Source: a virus. From it: 64,000 nt of DNA. Each line of letters begins with the position of its first letter. The stretch's first letter is position 1. The stretch is from positions 1 through 64,000 of IMG/VR virus record IMGVR_UViG_3300045988_127105; one strand, given 5' to 3'. The translations under genes and the position numbers were made by a program. This document shows, piece after piece, positions 52,398 to 61,562 of the stretch. Under the pieces are notes generated by a model that was not told the DNA's origin, did not search any database, and saw only the letters and a list, made by a program, of their open reading frames with translations.

Positions 52398-52667
52398 ATG
52401 AAACTATCATCACACACAGGCGAAATCCTCAATCGACGCACGGTCTACTACGTCACTGTATACGGAAAAGAGCACAACATCCCCTGCTTCCTTAGCGGAC
52501 CATTATCATTCGTCGCCAACCGTTCCGATGCAGCTCTGTTTGACACAAAAGAAGAAGCCGAAGATTTGATAACGCAAGCCGAAGCCAACGGCTTGTGTGC
52601 CATTTTGGGAGGCGTGTTGAAGGTATCATCCGGTGTCCAGTATCTCACTTGTCAGTGGAAGTTCTAA
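52398..52667 (+). CDS. Hypothetical protein
   Basis: 89-aa ORF. Confidence 0.45.
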   Translation: MKLSSHTGEILNRRTVYYVTVYGKEHNIPCFLSGPLSFVANRSDAALFDTKEEAEDLITQAEANGLCAILGGVLKVSSGVQYLTCQWKF

Positions 52668-52677
52668 AACACAAAAA

Positions 52678-52699
52678 AGCCTCGACCTAAGCCGAGGCT
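52678..52699. terminator. Short hairpin, possible terminator
   Basis: AGCCTCG / CGAGGCT stem with an A run upstream. Confidence 0.4.
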
Positions 52700-52968
52700 A
52701 CGCAAGACTTTTACGTCTCGAATCTACGATAGTAGAAATTTGTACTTCAAGTACGTTTAAATCCACAATCCTTTTGGGATTGACCGTCAACGGAAGAGTG
52801 ATTTTTATTACAATTCCATAAAGGTACGATTAAAAGTCCTCCGAAGACAGCACAAAGATAATACTTTGCATACATTAACAACTTTAACACACCGTAAGAC
52901 TATGAAGAAACAAGATTGGTTACTTGTAATAATCATCATACTCTCTATATTTATATCATGCTGACGTT

Positions 52969-53664
52969 ATGAAATCAATAATAGTAATATACGACGACCT
53001 CCTCGAACTCGACCGCACGGAAGTAGCCTATCAAGGTGAGACGCAGCTCAAATCAATCGTCAAGTCGCTCATGGCGGACTATCCCGAGAGCGAGAAGGCA
53101 GAAGTCTACAACAAGATTACACAATCTCTTGTCTATGCTTACAGACGTGACAGCAAAGGCAATGTCTACGAGATAGAGCGATACGTCCGCAAGCGAGCCG
53201 TTAGCCACGCCCCTCGCAACACCGTCAAGCTATACACGCAGCGCATGACGTTTTGGATGGAGCCAGCTGTCTACGAGCGACTTGATGCGCTAAGAGGAAA
53301 GCGAGCTAAGTATGTTCGTGATGCAGTAGTCGAGAAGTTGGAGCGTGAAGGCAATCCACTTCCTCCCGACCCATGTCCCAAGGCAGAAGGCCACCCCGAC
53401 CGACGATACCACCGAATGTTCAAGAACTTGCCTCAAAGCATACGCACATACGATGCACGTACCGCCTACCGCTCACCGTTCACCATCACCAAGACCCCCG
53501 AAAATCTATGGCGAGTCTCCTATGGCGAATACTCCACCCTACAAGGCGCACCTTCTACCGAGAACAAAGACCTTCTCTCGGCTCTTGAATGGCTCGATAT
53601 GTGGATTAAGAAATACGGCAACAAGTGGATCGTCGGCAAAGTGATAAAGGATGAGGAGAAATAA
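52969..53664 (+). CDS. Hypothetical protein with central ribbon-helix-helix-like segment
   Basis: MTFWMEPAVYERLDALRGKRAKYVRDAVVEKLERE fits a strand-helix-helix (CopG/Arc-like) pattern. Confidence 0.45.
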   Translation: MKSIIVIYDDLLELDRTEVAYQGETQLKSIVKSLMADYPESEKAEVYNKITQSLVYAYRRDSKGNVYEIERYVRKRAVSHAPRNTVKLYTQRMTFWMEPAVYERLDALRGKRAKYVRDAVVEKLEREGNPLPPDPCPKAEGHPDRRYHRMFKNLPQSIRTYDARTAYRSPFTITKTPENLWRVSYGEYSTLQGAPSTENKDLLSALEWLDMWIKKYGNKWIVGKVIKDEEK

Positions 53665-53682
53665 TCTCCTTATCCTTTTTTT
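53647..53682 (+). terminator. Rho-independent terminator overlapping the gene end
   Basis: AAGGATGAGGAG pairs with CTCCTTATCCTT (one mismatch), followed by TTTTT. Confidence 0.65.
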
Positions 53683-53786
53683 AATATATATCAAGAAAAA
53701 CGTGCATTTGTTTACAAAATCTTTCTAAAAACTTTCATTTTGTTATTATTTTCGCTATATTTACGTTTTTCTAAAACAATAAGGTT

Positions 53787-54254
53787 ATGAAAGAGTTACC
53801 CAAACACACAACAGCAGAGGTGAGCGTAATACTCAACCGCTCAATTTTCTTCTTCTATTCTAAGGCTCTTCGATACGTGCCTGTTTCCCTCATGCTCTGT
53901 CATTGGTATGGAGTATACAGTTTTCACAACAATCCACGTGAGATACTCATCGACATTCGGGAGAACGAGGAGTGTATCGCCTATCTCTACTTCATGGTCT
54001 ACATCTTCCCCGTTGTCTTCATGCTCCCTGCAAGTCACTTTTTCAAGCTATGTTGGATATGGCGCATACCGTTCGTCTACATCATTGGCACAAATGCCAT
54101 ACGGCTCTATTACGGCTCATGGCTCATAACCAAAGAAATGTACGATGCCGACTTCATCCTTATCCTCATGACCTTGGCTCTGTATGTCTGTGCCATCGTA
54201 CAGGTGACATGCCGCATCTTCCGACACAGAACGTCTAACACTAAAACCAAATAA
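53787..54254 (+). CDS. Multi-pass membrane protein, hypothetical
   Basis: 155 aa with four or five hydrophobic helices. Confidence 0.5.
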   Translation: MKELPKHTTAEVSVILNRSIFFFYSKALRYVPVSLMLCHWYGVYSFHNNPREILIDIRENEECIAYLYFMVYIFPVVFMLPASHFFKLCWIWRIPFVYIIGTNAIRLYYGSWLITKEMYDADFILILMTLALYVCAIVQVTCRIFRHRTSNTKTK

Positions 54255-54259
54255 TAACT

Positions 54260-54724
54260 ATGAATGTACGCAACTTACTTGCTGACGCTTTCGATAGCGC
54301 AGCTTCACGCATCCGCAACAACTCTTGCGGAATGACAGACCAGGAGATGGAGTCTGCTCTTCACAAAATGCTCTATCTGCTCGACTCCGACCACCATTTC
54401 AACGAAGACAACGCACGTGCTGCCATCGCACGTATGTACTACTTCTGTGACGACACGCACAAATGCTATGCTCCGTTCTTTGCATACGAGGAGATAAAGG
54501 CAGCTTACGACAAGATTCAACCGACCATGCCCGACGATTACAACTTTTGGGACTTTTGTGTTACCGTCAACCTCATGTACTCAAACCACATCGAAACACT
54601 CCGCTCATGGTTTCGTGACCGCAGCCGACTGCTACAAAAGTCTTGCGAACTCGCACGCAGCTTTCTCCTTGACGAGGATACCGACCACCCATCTGATAAA
54701 ATTTGGTGGTATGTAAATTCTTAA
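54260..54724 (+). CDS. Hypothetical protein
   Basis: 154-aa ORF. Confidence 0.5.
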   Translation: MNVRNLLADAFDSAASRIRNNSCGMTDQEMESALHKMLYLLDSDHHFNEDNARAAIARMYYFCDDTHKCYAPFFAYEEIKAAYDKIQPTMPDDYNFWDFCVTVNLMYSNHIETLRSWFRDRSRLLQKSCELARSFLLDEDTDHPSDKIWWYVNS

Positions 54725-54727
54725 TCG

Positions 54728-54768
54728 AAAAGCGGATGAATAGGTTTCCCCTGTCCATCCGCTTTTTT
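54728..54768. terminator. Bidirectional terminator between convergent blocks
   Basis: AGCGGATG (54731-54738) pairs with CATCCGCT (54756-54763). An A run lies upstream and TTTTTT downstream. Confidence 0.8.
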
Positions 54769-54773
54769 CTGTA

Positions 54774-55505
54774 TCAAGCCTCCATATACTTCTCCACAAT
54801 GTCCGTGTTCAAGTCAGCTGCATATTTACAAGCCTCCTCGTACATTTCTATGTCTGCCAACTTCCTACATATTATGTCGCCAGCCAACACACAGTTGCTG
54901 TCCTTGTTGCAGTCTATGTTTCCGCCACCGCACCTCATTATCGGTGCTACAGCCTTATCCCAGTTCGCCTTTACAGCAGCAAACGAACTCTCTGCCTTGA
55001 ACATTTCCGTCAAGTCAACGCCAATGTTTTTCGAACCGTCACGCAAGAACTTCCCGAACGTGTTCTCCGCAATGTCGTTCAGCGTAGATGCAGTCAGAAG
55101 ATAAGATTTCAGTGTGTGCTCCTCTATCTTCTCTCCCATAAGCAGTGCGTCATAGCTCCACCTCAATTTTTGCACGTCCACCTTCATTTTGTCCGCAACA
55201 GCGTCTGACACATCAAGCCACATCTGGTACTTGTCCCACAGCTTCATCTTCATCTTGCTGTTCCAACTTTCGTATGCGCCCAGAGCAGCGTTCGCATCCT
55301 TCTTCACCTCGAACTTCCAAAATCTGCTTTCCTTCAGCAACGGCATTGCGTCTACCATCGCACTCTGTGCCAAGTTATATACCGAGCCTATTATTATGTA
55401 GTACATTGAACAACGCTCGTCAATGTCTTTAAGTACTCTTCGAGCAACATCAGGATGCACTGCCAACATATTTCTACCTATTCTTGCCATACTTCTTATA
55501 ATCAT
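54774..55505 (-). CDS. Hypothetical protein
   Basis: 243-aa ORF. An alternative start is at 55490. Confidence 0.5.
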   Translation of the reverse strand: MIIRSMARIGRNMLAVHPDVARRVLKDIDERCSMYYIIIGSVYNLAQSAMVDAMPLLKESRFWKFEVKKDANAALGAYESWNSKMKMKLWDKYQMWLDVSDAVADKMKVDVQKLRWSYDALLMGEKIEEHTLKSYLLTASTLNDIAENTFGKFLRDGSKNIGVDLTEMFKAESSFAAVKANWDKAVAPIMRCGGGNIDCNKDSNCVLAGDIICRKLADIEMYEEACKYAADLNTDIVEKYMEA

Positions 55506-55827
55506 TACATTTCTTTCTCAAAAACGACTCTATATTTTGTTTCTCCTCCATGAGTCGCTTCTTGCTTTCAAAGCTCAAAAGACTTGGTACTGTTGCGTGT
55601 ACCCTACCAGTATATTTATTACGTACAAATATGTGAGTAAATACTTTACAATCGTGTTTGTTGGGCAATGGGATAATGCCGAACAGCTTTCTTTGTGAAC
55701 AAAGATATATATATCCCATTAGGAAGACCTCCGCTACCTCCTCTCCGCAAATCTTCATTTCTTTTTCTGCTTCCAATATCATGTTGTCAACAGAAACCTT
55801 GGTGCCGTAGATAATTCTTTTCTTCAT
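55474..55827 (-). CDS. Hypothetical protein
   Basis: 117-aa ORF. Confidence 0.45.
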   Translation of the reverse strand: MKKRIIYGTKVSVDNMILEAEKEMKICGEEVAEVFLMGYIYLCSQRKLFGIIPLPNKHDCKVFTHIFVRNKYTGRVHATVPSLLSFESKKRLMEEKQNIESFLRKKCNDYKKYGKNR

Positions 55828-55851
55828 AGTGTGTTTGTTTAATGCTGCAAC

Positions 55852-56058
55852 TTAATCCCACGGTGTTTTGATTCTGCGTCGCTTTATATCTTTATCCGCC
55901 CACCACACAAACAAACGGGCAGCAATATAGATAACAACAATAAAGAGAATCGGCATGAGTACTACCCACCACGACCAGTTAATCACTCCGCAGATTTTCA
56001 ACACGATAAAGGCAAGCTGCAATGTTGCCATGAAAAAATCTAAAATGTTAATCTTCAT
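55852..56058 (-). CDS. Small two-TM membrane protein
   Basis: LQLAFIVLKICGVINWSWWVVLMPILFIVVIYIAARLFVWW. Confidence 0.5.
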   Translation of the reverse strand: MKINILDFFMATLQLAFIVLKICGVINWSWWVVLMPILFIVVIYIAARLFVWWADKDIKRRRIKTPWD

Positions 56059-56063
56059 ATTAT

Positions 56064-56324
56064 TTAAATTTTATAAATTTGTGGTGGTATAAAACCACCT
56101 TTATTTTTATTCAAAAATTCATCGAAGGGCTTCTTCTTTTTCCCTCTTGGAACGCTCAGAAAAACCATATCGAAGGACGGTTTGCTATATTCTCTATAAA
56201 CATATTTATATCGATTATTATAACGGTCACTAATTTTCGTCAGTTTTATGTTATTCTTCTTGCAAGAAGGATATTCAACTGGAACTTCCTTCTTAGCCTT
56301 TTTCTTTGCAATACGTATTTTCAT
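56064..56324 (-). CDS. Small basic hypothetical protein
   Basis: ORF 56064-56384; the ATG at 56324 (MKIRIAKKKAKK) is the likely start. Confidence 0.4.
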   Translation of the reverse strand: MKIRIAKKKAKKEVPVEYPSCKKNNIKLTKISDRYNNRYKYVYREYSKPSFDMVFLSVPRGKKKKPFDEFLNKNKGGFIPPQIYKI

Positions 56325-56470
56325 GCCGCCTCCATTCTTTAATTTTAAACCTTGAGCAGCGGAAGTAAGTCCTATAAGGGACAAACTCCCCCTTGCTCTT
56401 TTCCTCTTCCATGCGTCTTTTATAGAACATGGTCAGCTCACGACTCGCTTTCCGGTCTAACAGATTGCCG

Positions 56471-56881
56471 TTATAGACTCTCCATCTTACTGGATATAGA
56501 AAAATCTGCCTTCCCATTACTGTTTCCTTCCTTACCGCTTTGCTTGGCGAACACTTGTTGTATAAATTGTTCCAACTCCCTGTTGTGTCGTGCAATTCTT
56601 CTTTCCATTCGTTTTACTTTAATAGCATTCAAGAGGGACTGTGTATACTTCGGCAAACGACGCATAGCCTCATCAAGCCGCATGTCATAGCTTTTTAACC
56701 AGTATAAGACACGACGGTGTTTCACTTTTGTACCCTTTGAGGCATACATCCAACCTGCAAGAAAGACCCATCGTCTAAACCAATAAGGATAACGTTTGCG
56801 TCTTTTACCTCTACATTCCAGACTATAAAGCTCATAGAAGTCACTCGCCTTAATTATCTTCTTTGCTAATCTTGCTTTCAT
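56471..56881 (-). CDS. Basic hypothetical protein
   Basis: 136 aa, N-terminus MKARLAKKIIK. The 3' part overlaps another open frame (56293-56595), so the true end is uncertain. Confidence 0.4.
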   Translation of the reverse strand: MKARLAKKIIKASDFYELYSLECRGKRRKRYPYWFRRWVFLAGWMYASKGTKVKHRRVLYWLKSYDMRLDEAMRRLPKYTQSLLNAIKVKRMERRIARHNRELEQFIQQVFAKQSGKEGNSNGKADFSISSKMESL

Positions 56882-57278
56882 CTTCTTTTCCTTCTTTTGC
56901 TTTATTGTCGAACATGTTTCCGATAATTTTCCAAAACCGCAATCGGTCTCTTACATTCTGAGGAACGACATCTGCCCCCATGTATGGCTTTATACCACTA
57001 AGCTTAAATGCTCCATGCTTGAAAACGACAGTAACATGAAATTCGTAAGCAATACATTTGTGACAAATATAAAGGAGAATGTCCCCCTCGTATATTTCCT
57101 TGTCGTCATTATCTTTCAGTCCAGTATATTGCCCGACCGTCTCTGGGTCAACCTCATACCCAACAACCATTGTACGAGGTTCTAAGCCCGTAGTTGTCAC
57201 TTTTTTGTTGTGAACCAAGTCACCATATCGCCAAGCGTCTGTGAAGACGTCTTTGCCACGAAATTTGATTGTTCTCAT
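56850..57278 (-). CDS. YopX-family protein
   Basis: IKFRGKD ... VDPETVGQYTGLKDNDDKEIYEGDILL matches the YopX signature. Confidence 0.7.
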   Translation of the reverse strand: MRTIKFRGKDVFTDAWRYGDLVHNKKVTTTGLEPRTMVVGYEVDPETVGQYTGLKDNDDKEIYEGDILLYICHKCIAYEFHVTVVFKHGAFKLSGIKPYMGADVVPQNVRDRLRFWKIIGNMFDNKAKEGKEDESKISKEDN

Positions 57279-57283
57279 AATCT

Positions 57284-57613
57284 CTATAAATCCGTTATGT
57301 TGTTATTGTTTTCGTCTGAAGCTATTACTTCTGGTTCAAGACTCAATGTTACCTTAACAGGTTCGTCTTCCCAAGACAAGTTACTAACGTTCCGAGGAAC
57401 GACAAACCTGATTCTCTCATATTCTCTTACGGTCAATTCGTCATTGCAGCAATAAATGCCGTTCTTGGATTTACACCAGAATCCATACCACTCGTCACGA
57501 AACGGCTTATCCGGAAACAGCACGAGCGTATTGTCTCTATCGCAAGCGAGCCATAAATACTTTTTGCTTTCTTTCATAGATCTATTCACTTTTAAGTTCC
57601 ACAGGTTCATCAT
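57284..57613 (-). CDS. Hypothetical protein
   Basis: 109-aa ORF. Confidence 0.45.
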   Translation of the reverse strand: MMNLWNLKVNRSMKESKKYLWLACDRDNTLVLFPDKPFRDEWYGFWCKSKNGIYCCNDELTVREYERIRFVVPRNVSNLSWEDEPVKVTLSLEPEVIASDENNNNITDL

Positions 57614-57791
57614 TCCAGTTAAGCTCTCGTCCGATAAGCTTCTTTATGCTGCCATTAGGAAGAAGGAAACCATAGGCTCCGTTTCTATCTTGTGGCAACC
57701 AATAGTTGTGCTCAACACAATCACCAGCCCACATATCAGGCTTACAGTTGAATATCCATTCACCAATATAATCTTTTGCTACCCATACCAT
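57582..57791 (-). CDS. Hypothetical protein
   Basis: 69-aa ORF. Confidence 0.4.
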   Translation of the reverse strand: MVWVAKDYIGEWIFNCKPDMWAGDCVEHNYWLPQDRNGAYGFLLPNGSIKKLIGRELNWNDEPVELKSE

Positions 57792-57793
57792 GA

Positions 57794-58183
57794 TTATTCC
57801 TCCTTAATACCAAAGGGTGTACCATCAGCAAATGTATATTTTTCTAAAATGGTGTCAAACGCCCAATATACATTCACGGCGAAATAACAGCGATCCTCCT
57901 CAATCTTACAAATAAAAGAATAAACGTCGTCTGTTTTATATTTTACCCACCCGAACGGCTCATGCTTTTTCATTTCCTGCCAGCATTCTTCTGCATTAGC
58001 AAATGAGCGGTACTTGGGTTCTGGCTTGATGCGGTATTCATGAGATTTTATATCAAATGTTGGAGTGGCGGTTTCTATCCATTCTCCAGGATTATATTTT
58101 GAATTACTTCTAATCTCTATTGTCTTGCCTTCTGCAAATGCCTGTATAATAGGCAGCAGTTCTTTCGCTTGTTTTCTGTCCAT
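57794..58183 (-). CDS. Hypothetical protein
   Basis: 129-aa ORF. Confidence 0.5.
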   Translation of the reverse strand: MDRKQAKELLPIIQAFAEGKTIEIRSNSKYNPGEWIETATPTFDIKSHEYRIKPEPKYRSFANAEECWQEMKKHEPFGWVKYKTDDVYSFICKIEEDRCYFAVNVYWAFDTILEKYTFADGTPFGIKEE

Positions 58184-58395
58184 TATTTATCCTCCAATTC
58201 TTTAAGAAAAACATACACATCTGTAAATGTAAAGTTTTTCAGTTCTTTATATCTATTTACTATATCTTCTACAAGATACCATTTGTTTTTAATGATAACT
58301 TTCTCACCTATACGAGGAATATTATTGTAAGGGCATGTTTCATATTGCAATATGGAGTTTTCCTCATCCTCTTTTTTATAAAAAAATACATTCAT
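58183..58395 (-). CDS. Hypothetical protein
   Basis: 70 aa. The stop overlaps the next start. Confidence 0.45.
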   Translation of the reverse strand: MNVFFYKKEDEENSILQYETCPYNNIPRIGEKVIIKNKWYLVEDIVNRYKELKNFTFTDVYVFLKELEDK

Positions 58396-58426
58396 AACAA
58401 TCCCTCCATGTCAATTATATTCTCCA

Positions 58427-58834
58427 TCATTTTTCATCCTCCAAAAAATCAATGTTAAGTTTATACTTCTCTTTTACTTTATTGAATTTGTCCAAGAGGA
58501 AAGGATTTTGCAAGATTGCGTCCTTTACTTTCTGAACTGTTCCATTTTCAACTAATACGATAGTCTTACTACCTGGGCGTTCATCATCTGGAGAATAAGG
58601 GACACCGAAACCAATATAAAGAATACCATTTGTTATATAACGGAAAAAAGTTCCTGTAGCTTCATTTAAAAACTCGTCAGTTATGATTCTGTCTATCTTT
58701 TCAAAATCCTTATACTCTTTTCGTGTAAGATGAAAGTTGATTCCCAAAGGATAATGCCCAACACAGCCATCAGTACCGAAGTATATTATGCGGTTTGGCT
58801 GCTTATTATGTTCTACTGGTTCAGATGTTGACAT
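58427..58834 (-). CDS. Hypothetical protein
   Basis: 135-aa ORF. Confidence 0.5.
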   Translation of the reverse strand: MSTSEPVEHNKQPNRIIYFGTDGCVGHYPLGINFHLTRKEYKDFEKIDRIITDEFLNEATGTFFRYITNGILYIGFGVPYSPDDERPGSKTIVLVENGTVQKVKDAILQNPFLLDKFNKVKEKYKLNIDFLEDEK

Positions 58835-58836
58835 AG

Positions 58837-59013
58837 TTACAAATTTTCGATTTTTTCTATAAGTTGTTTACGTGAAAGTCCACTATAGTAATATTCACCA
58901 TGTACTGTTAGGACGGAACTATTTCCACCGCACCAATCATGGATTTCCTTGATGTCTGATACTGGAATACTAACAGTATCGCGTGTATCAGAAATTACTT
59001 CTATAAACTTCAT
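58837..59013 (-). CDS. 58-aa hypothetical protein (below the ORF-track cutoff)
   Basis: MKFIEVISDTRDTVSIPVSDIKEIHDWCGG ... IEKIENL. The stop is 2 nt before the next gene start. Confidence 0.4.
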   Translation of the reverse strand: MKFIEVISDTRDTVSIPVSDIKEIHDWCGGNSSVLTVHGEYYYSGLSRKQLIEKIENL

Positions 59014-59036
59014 TGTTCTTCTTCCTTTCTTGGTTT

Positions 59037-59168
59037 TTAATTTTCACAACGGCATGTTGCTTCTCCGAAATTGATATTGGCAGGGAAAAAGTGATAATAA
59101 CTACAATATCCACCAAATAGGTCCGCATAAGGACAGCACGGACAATCCCCTTGTATTACATTCTTCAT
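59037..59168 (-). CDS. 43-aa Cys-rich micro-protein (below the ORF-track cutoff)
   Basis: MKNVIQGDCPCCPYADLFGGYCSYYHFFPANINFGEATCRCEN. Confidence 0.3.
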   Translation of the reverse strand: MKNVIQGDCPCCPYADLFGGYCSYYHFFPANINFGEATCRCEN

Positions 59169-59214
59169 CTTTGTTTATTTATCTCTCCCTGCTGTCACCA
59201 GGGAGAGGAGTTTT

Positions 59215-59535
59215 TTATTCTTTAAATCCGTAAAACTTTAACTCGTTATACAGAGCTTGTATGTCTCGTTTAACAAGTTCTAATATGTCTTCTTTTTGTC
59301 TTATCTTCTCTCTTATAATAAATTCAACATCTCCTTCCCCTATAAAAAAGTATTTTCTTTTCATTGAGGAAAGGTTTAAACTATCGACATTATGAGTAAA
59401 ACAGTTAATAGCAAGAATATAATTTCTGTCCTCTGGATGTATCATTATGTACTTCCATCTACACAATTCTCCGTCTACTATTTCTGTTATTTCACAATTT
59501 GCTGTGAGTTGTAATATGTCTTTGAATCGTTCCAT
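59215..59535 (-). CDS. Hypothetical protein
   Basis: 106-aa ORF. Confidence 0.45.
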   Translation of the reverse strand: MERFKDILQLTANCEITEIVDGELCRWKYIMIHPEDRNYILAINCFTHNVDSLNLSSMKRKYFFIGEGDVEFIIREKIRQKEDILELVKRDIQALYNELKFYGFKE

Positions 59536-59554
59536 AAATTTATTTATTTTATTC

Positions 59555-60043
59555 TTACTCAGTTACCAATTCCCAGTCTTCTGCAAACACATCGCTTGAC
59601 GATGGCACCCATGAGTCAGCACGTCCATCGGGGTTTATGATAAGCATCTGATTGGTGTAGTCGATATGTGGTTCTTTGCGAGCCATAATGATGTCCTTGG
59701 CAGACTGAGGAAGCGACTGCATGTTAGGAATGATGTCACCAGTGATATGAGAAGGAACCTGCTTCACAATAAACAATCCCTTACCATTCCATCCCTTGCG
59801 TCTTACAGCAAGACCAGCCTTCAGTAAGTTAATAGCACCACCGAAGTTAACAGAACCTACTTCACGATAGGCTTCCTCAAACACACTCTTAGGAGACCAA
59901 GACTTATATCCGTCTTTGTACTCTACTAAGTAGCCATCTTCCTCAACGGTTGCTGGCTTCAGTTCTCTACCAAGCACTTTCTGTGCTTCTGTCATAGTCA
60001 TAGGCTCTGCCATAATGACCTTCATACCAATAAACTTTTTCAT
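59555..60043 (-). CDS. DUF2829-domain protein (Tad2 / AcrIIA7 family)
   Basis: ATG at 60043 (MKKFIGMK). The C-terminal half FGGAINLLKAGLAVRRKGWNGKGLFIV ... INPDGRADSWVPSSSDVFAEDWELV matches the DUF2829 pattern. The N-terminal half (EDGYLVEYKDGYKSWSPKSVFEEAY) is a module commonly fused to it. Confidence 0.7.
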   Translation of the reverse strand: MKKFIGMKVIMAEPMTMTEAQKVLGRELKPATVEEDGYLVEYKDGYKSWSPKSVFEEAYREVGSVNFGGAINLLKAGLAVRRKGWNGKGLFIVKQVPSHITGDIIPNMQSLPQSAKDIIMARKEPHIDYTNQMLIINPDGRADSWVPSSSDVFAEDWELVTE

Positions 60044-60054
60044 ATTATTTATAT

Positions 60055-60717
60055 TTAATCCCATAAGGGAATGGTTAGTTCGAACTCGTAGACGAAGACG
60101 TAGGGGTTGCGCTTCCATGTGCCTTTTCCTGCGATCTTGTCAATGAGCAGGGAGTATGGTTTTTTGGCTGTCCCATAGGTGGCAGATTCATCTGTGATGC
60201 TGTAAAAATGCGCCTTGTTTATTCTGCTCTCAAAATCCACGATACCCTCAGCCAAACAATCCTCTTCGCTGATGTCTTGCAGACGCTCGATACGAATGTT
60301 GGTGATGCGGATGCGGTTCGGCATGAGGTCTGCCTTAACGAACATTTTGTTTTTGCAACCTTTCTCGAATTTAATACACTCTAATGGCATCCCATGAATG
60401 CCACAAAGTCGATAGAACTCATCATTGTCTGCAAGGTCTATGTATCTTTGCGCAATAGCTACATTTTCTCCAACCTTGTATAGTGAATGTTCCAAGGCGT
60501 AATCAAGCATTTCTTTCAGTTCTTCACCCTCTGCTTTATAAAGTCGGTCTTTACAAGATTCCTTTCAATCAGCAATAGATTCTTTTGTCCAACCTTCGTA
60601 CGTATTCAAACGCTCGAAAAGCATTGTAGGATTCAGAATACGCCTTGTCTGCGTCTTGCGACCTTCAAGTACGGCTTGGGTGAGTCCGTACCTGTTGTTG
60701 AACATGATTTTCTTCAT
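60055..60717 (-). pseudogene. ASCH-domain gene interrupted by one in-frame TGA (60565-60567)
   Basis: The N-terminal piece MKKIMFNNRYGLTQAVLEGRKTQTRRI ... ESIAD stops at TGA. The same frame continues KESCKDRLY ... into ORF 60055-60510 (IERLQDISEEDCLAEGI). Confidence 0.55.
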
Positions 60718-60749
60718 AATTACATTCCGTTAATATGAATTACTTTTTC

Positions 60750-60935
60750 TCACTTGTGATACTCGTTCTTAATTGGTTCAACCTTGAATCTTTTATAGGA
60801 TTTACTTCCCATAAGCTCATTATCATTGCCGAGGCCGAGATAATCCTCGACAATTTCTTTGACTTCATCTTGTGTGTAATCATCACCTTCTTCAAGAGTG
60901 ATTGTTACCTTGAATGAATATTGTTTCTCCCTCAT
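60750..60935 (-). CDS. Hypothetical protein
   Basis: 61-aa ORF. Confidence 0.4.
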   Translation of the reverse strand: MREKQYSFKVTITLEEGDDYTQDEVKEIVEDYLGLGNDNELMGSKSYKRFKVEPIKNEYHK

Positions 60936-60964
60936 TCTCTAATACTTTTAGTGCTTTGTTTAAA

Positions 60965-61354
60965 TTATACTTTAAGTTCCGCGTCCAAGCCCAGTGCCCA
61001 AAGTATATGCTGTAGCTCGTGGACGTTATTTGCAACATTAAGTTTTACATAAAGTCCATCAGTAGTGCGTTTTAAGAAAACTCTTATACCATTTTCATAT
61101 CCAAACTCTACTGACAAATACATGTATTTACTAATCATCATAAAGTACCATCCTTCTGTTCTCTTCTTCCAACCGTTCTTTTCGAGGATTTCGGGAGTAA
61201 GAGGAATAGGCTCTAACAGGACATGTTCTACACATATTTGGTCTTTCCCATCAGCAAAACATACTAAGCCATCAGCATGTGTTGCCAGTATTGTAATAAT
61301 ATCCTTTCCGTACCTTACAAGGTCTCCTATCCTCAAGTCTTCTGCTTTAATCAT
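60965..61354 (-). CDS. Hypothetical protein
   Basis: 129-aa ORF. Confidence 0.5.
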   Translation of the reverse strand: MIKAEDLRIGDLVRYGKDIITILATHADGLVCFADGKDQICVEHVLLEPIPLTPEILEKNGWKKRTEGWYFMMISKYMYLSVEFGYENGIRVFLKRTTDGLYVKLNVANNVHELQHILWALGLDAELKV

Positions 61355-61553
61355 TTGTCACCTCCTTTCCCATTTCCTCAAGCTTTTGTTCGTAAATTTG
61401 GATTATTACGTTTTGCTTGTCGATAGTCTTTACGGCATCTTCAAAATGCTCGAGGAGACGGTTGTAAGCACTCAGTCGGCCAACTTTAAAGAACGCATAG
61501 AAGAGAGCTATGGTGATAGAGAGGCTGGCGATGATTTTTAATATTTCTATCAT
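61347..61553 (-). CDS. Small membrane-anchored protein
   Basis: N-terminus MIEILKIIASLSITIALFYAFF. Confidence 0.45.
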   Translation of the reverse strand: MIEILKIIASLSITIALFYAFFKVGRLSAYNRLLEHFEDAVKTIDKQNVIIQIYEQKLEEMGKEVTND

Positions 61554-61562
61554 AAGCTTAAC

